Below, piece after piece: positions 58,743 to 64,000 of a stretch of 64,000 nucleotides of DNA (its first letter is position 1; every line of letters starts with the position of its first letter). Position numbers and translations under genes: made by a program. This DNA comes from a bacterium (GTDB taxonomy: Bacteria > Zixibacteria > MSB-5A5 > GN15 > FEB-12), in assembly GCA_043811375.1 (NCBI GenBank), contig JBDRNJ010000072.1:96001-160000 (forward strand), read 5' to 3'. The notes beneath the pieces were generated by a model. It was not told where the DNA came from, made no database searches, and was given only the letters and a program-made list of their open reading frames with translations.

Positions 58743-60638
58743 CTACCGACTGCGCTGAGCCGCCAGTTTTCTCTCCGTTATGGCCTCAACCTCGGGCCAG
58801 TACCAGGGTACCAGTTTCTGAATCCATCTTTTATGCACTTCTGCCTTGTTTTCATCACTCGTCATCCGGCTGCGCAAGTATAAGTATTGATGCGCTTCAT
58901 AGACCAGCGAGTCCTGCTGCACTAATTCGTTCAACAACCGCCATCCAATCTCATCCTGAGACATCTCCATATGTAATAGTGCTTTCTCATAGACCAAGTA
59001 TGGGTAATATGGTTGCGGCGACAATGCCATGGCCCGGTTGAAGCAATCCATTGCCTCCCGGTATTGCATTCTTGCCTGGTAGGCGTGTCCCTTGGCGAAG
59101 AGGTGTACATATTCGATGGGATATGTGGCTATCGGTTCGCCGGCAAAATCTCTAACCTTCTTGAATGCGATCTCCATAGTGGGTCTTGACCGGGCATCCT
59201 TTCGCCTGTAAACCCAACCGATTCCGCGGTAGCCCTCCAAAAACTGCGGATAGAGTAAAAGTGCCTGTTCCGCTGGTGCCGATGGCTTCGCACCGGTAGA
59301 AAAGGTAATGTAGTCGGGTGCTCTTTTTAGTACATAGCGGGAATTGAAACTGTGTTCCTTCCAGGTTGTCTGCATACCGGGTATAGGCGGCTCCGGGTGG
59401 CGGGCTATAGTCGAGTCGGTCAGACCGAGCAGGTCGATCACGTCGTGCCCCATCAGTTCATAACCGAAAATCCCTATGGTAGACATGGCTACGGAGAAGT
59501 TAGTGGAATCGGCCAGCTTCATCTGTGATGCCAGGAAGCTCATTTTTCGCGTGTGGACTTTTTCGTTGTGATTGAATAGCAGAACGAAATTTCGTGGGAT
59601 ATTGTAAGTCAATGCAAGAGCAACAACAGCGGACAAGAACAAGATCAGGACCTTTGTCTGCAAAACGCGTCTGGCAAGAAAAAGCCATATCGAGAGAGTG
59701 AAGAGTACCCCAAAGATACCGAAGAGCGGCAGAAAGAACCGATGCACCTTCAGGACATCACCACCGACCAGAATAATGTAGACTACGTACAGTACAGCGA
59801 ACAGCCAAATCGATCTGGCCATCTTCGGTAATCGTCGGAAAAAAAACACCGGGACCACCAAGCTCAAACCGTAAAGCCAGTAATGCCGGAAAAAGCGACC
59901 CGCGTACTCCAGACCGCTGGTTGCCTGCTCCAGACTAAATCCCGTTTTCGCATAGAAGGGATTGGGCAACAGGGAACCGTAGTACCATATCTTGAAGACG
60001 ACATAAGGTAGCGACAGGACAAAAGCAATAAGACCTGCGCTCAGGCAAAACCGCGGAAATCTTTTTTCCACGACTGTCTCCACCAGCACCAGCAAACCGG
60101 CCACCAGAGCACCCTCGGGACGTATCCAGACAAGTAACAACAAACCGAGTATTAGCCACCAGTTGCGCCTGAGATAACAGTACAGTGAGAAGATAACCAG
60201 GAAACCAAATGCCGCCGTCTCCAGCCCGGCGGGTGACCAATAGGCATGCGACATACTGGCCGCTACCAGATAAACCGGCAGAAACGATACCCACCGGTCG
60301 CGATCGGCAAAAACCAGCCGCGCCAGAAAGTACACCAGCACAATTGTCGCAGCCCCGAATAGAAAACCGGTTATCTTGGATACGAGAATGTAATTGACGC
60401 CCAGCGCCCCCCACAGTATCAGGTAGATAACCCAGCCGAAATTAGTGAAACCCTCCACTCTCTCGCCGATGTTGTATACCAGGCCGTCGCCGTTCAGGTA
60501 ATTTTGCACGTAACGATACGATATATATGCATCGTCCTGAGTGAAATCGAGATCACGCGCCAAATATGTATAGATCAACAGGGCGGGAACAAGGACCAGC
60601 AACCAACTGATCGCGCGCTTTAATGATATAGATTCCAT
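58743..60638 (-). CDS. GT-C superfamily membrane glycosyltransferase with C-terminal TPR
   Basis: QDDAYISYRY...GLVYNIGERVEGFTN, GLET, RPEG, YYGSLLPNPFYAK, IDLLGLTD; many TMs. Start at 60641 or 60638. Confidence 0.75.
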   Translation of the reverse strand: MESISLKRAISWLLVLVPALLIYTYLARDLDFTQDDAYISYRYVQNYLNGDGLVYNIGERVEGFTNFGWVIYLILWGALGVNYILVSKITGFLFGAATIVLVYFLARLVFADRDRWVSFLPVYLVAASMSHAYWSPAGLETAAFGFLVIFSLYCYLRRNWWLILGLLLLVWIRPEGALVAGLLVLVETVVEKRFPRFCLSAGLIAFVLSLPYVVFKIWYYGSLLPNPFYAKTGFSLEQATSGLEYAGRFFRHYWLYGLSLVVPVFFFRRLPKMARSIWLFAVLYVVYIILVGGDVLKVHRFFLPLFGIFGVLFTLSIWLFLARRVLQTKVLILFLSAVVALALTYNIPRNFVLLFNHNEKVHTRKMSFLASQMKLADSTNFSVAMSTIGIFGYELMGHDVIDLLGLTDSTIARHPEPPIPGMQTTWKEHSFNSRYVLKRAPDYITFSTGAKPSAPAEQALLLYPQFLEGYRGIGWVYRRKDARSRPTMEIAFKKVRDFAGEPIATYPIEYVHLFAKGHAYQARMQYREAMDCFNRAMALSPQPYYPYLVYEKALLHMEMSQDEIGWRLLNELVQQDSLVYEAHQYLYLRSRMTSDENKAEVHKRWIQKLVPWYWPEVEAITERKLAAQRSR

Positions 60639-60743
60639 CACTTGTTATAAGGCAAGCTAATCACCTGGCAACTTTCCCCAATTGTCTCAGTATATGTACT
60701 GTTCTGCCCCAACTTGTCAAGTGAGTTGATACTCTGATCCCCC

Positions 60744-61664
60744 CTACCCCTCAAACGGATGATCCTTCATGAAATCGGGGCGGTAGTGGTGAGGGCTGGA
60801 AAGTTCCTGCACGAATCCCCGGTGAAAACCAAGCCGTTCAAGTTCATCCAGAACTTCATCGTACTCGTCAGGCGTCAGGAGGCGACCGAGGACGGGATGG
60901 TCGGCCACCGCCGGGGTCGGGTAGTATTGTGACATAAGCGAGATGTAAACGTCCGGCGACAGTTGTTCGGCAATAAAGCGCAGCACCCCCTTGCTGTTTT
61001 CCACATGACCCGGTAATACCAGATGCCGGATTATCATTCCCGAGGTAATCAGGCCGTCGGCGTCCAGTGTAATGTCGGCCCCTTTCTGGCGGAACATCTC
61101 TTTGATCGCCGCCCCGGCAATCCGGGGATAGTCAGGCGTGTCGGAATATTCCAACCCCAGGTCGGTATCGGCGTACTTCATATCGGGCAGGTAGACATCG
61201 ATGATGCCATCCAAAGATCGTATCGTCTCCACTTTGTCGTAGCCGTTGGTGTTGTACAGAAAGACGGGGTTGCGGCCACGATCCCTGACGGCATCAATGA
61301 TACCCCGCACCTGCGGCAGGACGTGCGATGGTGAGACAAAACCTACTGACCTGCAACCGGCATCAAGATGGGCTTCGATTCGATCCACAAGTTGTAGAAG
61401 ACTGATCTCATGGGAAATAGATGACACTTGTGTCCGGCTGATGTCGTAGTTCTGGCAGAAGATGCACTGCATATTGCAGTGAGCGAAAAAGATATTGCAG
61501 ATACCGTGGCGACCGGAGATAACCGGCTCCTCGCCGCGATGAGCGCAGATGGAGGCAAACGAGAGGTCGGTACCTGTACGGCACCAGCCGAGTTTATCGC
61601 TGGTCCGGTCAGCCCGGCATTCACGCGGGCAGCAGGTACATTCTTTCAGTTCATCGAACGGCAT
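60744..61664 (-). CDS. Radical SAM protein, PflX-like
   Basis: CTCCPRECRADR, GEEPVISG, CNMQCIFCQN (CxxxCxxC), YLPDMKY, IIRHLVLPG, MSQYYP. The ORF-track extension to 61742 runs into a MITE. Confidence 0.88.
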   Translation of the reverse strand: MPFDELKECTCCPRECRADRTSDKLGWCRTGTDLSFASICAHRGEEPVISGRHGICNIFFAHCNMQCIFCQNYDISRTQVSSISHEISLLQLVDRIEAHLDAGCRSVGFVSPSHVLPQVRGIIDAVRDRGRNPVFLYNTNGYDKVETIRSLDGIIDVYLPDMKYADTDLGLEYSDTPDYPRIAGAAIKEMFRQKGADITLDADGLITSGMIIRHLVLPGHVENSKGVLRFIAEQLSPDVYISLMSQYYPTPAVADHPVLGRLLTPDEYDEVLDELERLGFHRGFVQELSSPHHYRPDFMKDHPFEG

Positions 61665-61681
61665 TTGCCAATGACCGATAG

Positions 61682-61876
61682 CAGGATGTTGAAAAACACA
61701 GAATGAAAAACAAAAAGGGTGTGACCTTGCCTTCTCTGTCATTCCTGCGAAAGCAGGAATCCAGATTCATTGAGAAGTTACTGGATCCCCGCCTTCGCGG
61801 GGATGACGACCTCCGTAAACGGTTGTATGACCGTGCAGGTAGGTCAATGAGAAATAGCGGTTCATTCGGCACACTG
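61682..61876. mobile_element. Degenerate MITE, copy 1
   Basis: Left end CAGGATGTTGAAAAA, decayed right end, internal palindrome at 61737-61808. Aligns with copy 2. Confidence 0.6.
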
Positions 61877-61880
61877 TTAG

Positions 61881-62053
61881 CAGGGTGTTGAAAAACACCG
61901 AATGAAAGACATGAATGTTACTACCTTGCTTTTTCTGTCATTCCTGCGTAAGCAGGAAACTATATATATCAATAGGTAACTGGATCCCCGCTTTCGCGGG
62001 GATGACGAGTGTGTTGGCAATTGAGCATGATAGAACACTTTTTCAACACCCTG
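61881..62053. mobile_element. MITE, copy 2 (173 bp)
   Basis: Perfect 15 bp terminal inverted repeats CAGGGTGTTGAAAAA / TTTTTCAACACCCTG, TTAG direct repeats on both flanks, internal palindrome at 61936-62007. Confidence 0.8.
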
Positions 62054-62144
62054 TTAGAGCTTCTCATAAAACAGATACTGCCGGGCGAGGTTACCCGACA
62101 GCACCGTCATCTGTCAATCGTGAATGTCTGTGTTCGGTCGGTCT

Positions 62145-62657
62145 CTATTGATCGGCGACCTTGACAAACTCCACATCGAAGTTCAGGGTGGCATTGGGCG
62201 GAATGACGTTGCCGGCGCCACGGGCGCCGTAGCCGAGTTCCGGGGGAATGATGAGTTCCCGTTTGCCGCCTTCTTTCATACCGACAATACCTTCGTCCCA
62301 GCCATTTATAACTCGTCCGGCCCCCAGATCAAAAACAAAGGTCTGGTTGCGATCGCGGGAACTGTCGAATTTCTGGCCGCGCTTGCCGTCGACCCACAGC
62401 CAGCCGGTATAGTGCATTTCCACTTTTATGCCGCTGACCGCTTCCTCGCCGTCGCCAACAACATGGTCGATATACTTCAATCCGGTTTCAGTCGTCACCC
62501 ATTCTCCGGAGGTGGTTGTCTCTTGTTGCGGTTCGCTCTGAGCAGTCATGTCCTGGGGCTCTTCCTTTTTAGTGTCTTGCTCCTGGGTCTCGTTGCAGGC
62601 AGCAACAATAAATGCTACCAGAGCAATCATGCCCAGAATCAGTGTCAGTTTTCTCAT
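62145..62657 (-). CDS. FKBP-type peptidyl-prolyl isomerase, lipoprotein
   Basis: IVAAC lipobox; HYTGWL, FDSSRDR, VINGWDEG, IPPELGYG, IPPNATLNFDVE. AAGGAG RBS before ATG 62657. Confidence 0.93.
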   Translation of the reverse strand: MRKLTLILGMIALVAFIVAACNETQEQDTKKEEPQDMTAQSEPQQETTTSGEWVTTETGLKYIDHVVGDGEEAVSGIKVEMHYTGWLWVDGKRGQKFDSSRDRNQTFVFDLGAGRVINGWDEGIVGMKEGGKRELIIPPELGYGARGAGNVIPPNATLNFDVEFVKVADQ

Positions 62658-62682
62658 CGGTGTCGGTTCTCCTTTGTGGGGG

Positions 62683-63957
62683 TTAAACAACTATGGTTTC
62701 TGTGCGTTTGGCCCCGGTGGACACCAGGGCGATTTTCACTTTCAGATCGTCGGCAATAAAACTCAGGTACTTGCGGGCGTTGGCCGGAAGTTGGTCAAAA
62801 GAAGTAATGCCGGTGGTTTCGGTTTGCCACCCGGGGAATGTCCGGTAGACCGGTTTGACCTCATCGAGCCGGGACAGGTCCAGCGGCACCTGGTCGATCG
62901 TCTGTCCGTCCAACTGGTAGGCAATACAGACTTTGATCTCATCCAGATCGTCCAGCACGTCGAGTTTGGTAACGGCGATGGCATCGACCCCGTTGACACC
63001 GATCGAGTGGCGCAGGATAACCAGATCCAGCCAGCCGCAACGTCGCGGCCGCCCGGTGCTGGCGCCGAATTCCCGGCCGATGTTGCGGAGCTGCTCGCCG
63101 GTTTTATCTATAAGCTCAGTAGGAAACGGACCCGCTCCGACGCGCGTCGTGTAGGCCTTGACGATACCGATGACTTCATCGATCAACCGCGGTCCGACAC
63201 CCAGTCCGGTCAGTGCCCCGCCGACGGTGGTATTGGACGAGGTCCCGAACGGGTAAGTGCCCATATCAACATCGAGCAGGCACCCCTGGGCTCCCTCGAA
63301 CAGGATTGTTTTTCCGGCCGCTGCCGCCCGGCGCAGAGCCAGCGAGACATCCACTACCAGGGGAGCCAGCATATCAACCAGCCCCATCAAGTCATCATAG
63401 GTACAATCCAGATCAGCCCGCTTGTCGTCGGATCCCTCAAGATACGTCGCTTTGATTATTCTCTGGTAATCCAGCTTTTTTCTGAGCCTCTCCGGAGCCA
63501 GCAGATCGATAACGCGAATGCCGTGTCGGGCCACTTTGTCAACGTAAGCGGGGCCGATACCGCGCTTGGTAGTGCCGAGATTGGCGGCGCCCCGACTTCT
63601 CTCCTGCACATCTTCTATCAGCTTGTGATAGGGCAAGACCAGGTTGGTCGCCGGCGACACAAACAACCGTCCCTGCCAGTAGATCCCTTTGCCGGTCAGT
63701 AAATCCAGTTCTTCTTTCAGTGCGAAAGGATCCATCACTACCCCGTTGCCTATGTAACATTCCTTGCCGGGATGAATGATACCTGATGGAATCAGGTGCA
63801 GGATGTACTGCCGGTCACCTATTACTATCGTATGACCGGCGTTGGCACCGCCCTGGAAGCGGGCAACGATATCGGCCTCGGCCGCCAGCAAATCGACGAT
63901 CTTGCCCTTGCCTTCATCGCCCCATTGGCAGCCTACGACTATCTTGTTTTTTGCCAT
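62683..63957 (-). CDS. purA: Adenylosuccinate synthetase
   Basis: QWGDEGKGK, GGANAGHT, GTTKRGIGPAY, EGAQG, TRVGAGPFPTE, TGRPRRCGWLD. Start at 63966 or 63957. Confidence 0.97.
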   Translation of the reverse strand: MAKNKIVVGCQWGDEGKGKIVDLLAAEADIVARFQGGANAGHTIVIGDRQYILHLIPSGIIHPGKECYIGNGVVMDPFALKEELDLLTGKGIYWQGRLFVSPATNLVLPYHKLIEDVQERSRGAANLGTTKRGIGPAYVDKVARHGIRVIDLLAPERLRKKLDYQRIIKATYLEGSDDKRADLDCTYDDLMGLVDMLAPLVVDVSLALRRAAAAGKTILFEGAQGCLLDVDMGTYPFGTSSNTTVGGALTGLGVGPRLIDEVIGIVKAYTTRVGAGPFPTELIDKTGEQLRNIGREFGASTGRPRRCGWLDLVILRHSIGVNGVDAIAVTKLDVLDDLDEIKVCIAYQLDGQTIDQVPLDLSRLDEVKPVYRTFPGWQTETTGITSFDQLPANARKYLSFIADDLKVKIALVSTGAKRTETIVV

Positions 63958-64000
63958 CTGTTTCACACCCCTGTTGGCTCGTCGTGTTGAGAAATCAGTG

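Noticed and set aside
61682..62053. Repeats as a CRISPR array
   Set aside because: Only two long units, with terminal inverted repeats, no repeat-spacer periodicity and no cas genes.
62548..63702. 384 aa plus-strand ORF
   Set aside because: Antisense shadow of purA.
1..64000. tRNA, rRNA, integrase or transposase genes
   Set aside because: None recognised on reading the intergenic regions and ORFs; a covariance-model scan could still find small RNAs.

Overview
A GC-rich diderm bacterial chromosome segment. The gene set hints at an FCB-group relative such as Zixibacteria, but that is inference only. Housekeeping content: dxr (partial)-rseP-lepB, a cytochrome c maturation operon ccmABC(D)EF with a CxxxY-type CcmE, rpiB/ilvE, a Na+/proline symporter, lptB-rpoN-hpf, gyrA, a radical SAM protein, an FKBP and purA. 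The main accessory element is a 21 kb minus-strand type VI secretion locus (19107-40288). Its tail and baseplate (TssB, C, D, E, F, G, K, VgrG) resemble the Bacteroidota T6SS-iii type, but I cannot recognise the T6SS-iii membrane genes tssNOPQR. Instead, tssK heads a separately promoted sub-operon encoding a TssL-topology protein, a TssM-like P-loop membrane protein and a small exported VirB10/TrbI-like protein. The locus also has a two-gene split ClpV, a PASTA-like domain fused to TssG, and a PAAR/effector cassette with a FAM78-like protein. A Ser/Thr kinase-CsgG-CsgG-beta-barrel-LRR operon converges on it. Elsewhere are a type IIG restriction-modification fusion gene, REP-like palindromes, a tandem MITE, several apparently leaderless promoters and a candidate sigma54 promoter with tandem enhancer sites. 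All family assignments come from reading motifs by eye and from recalled family sequences; no database search was run.
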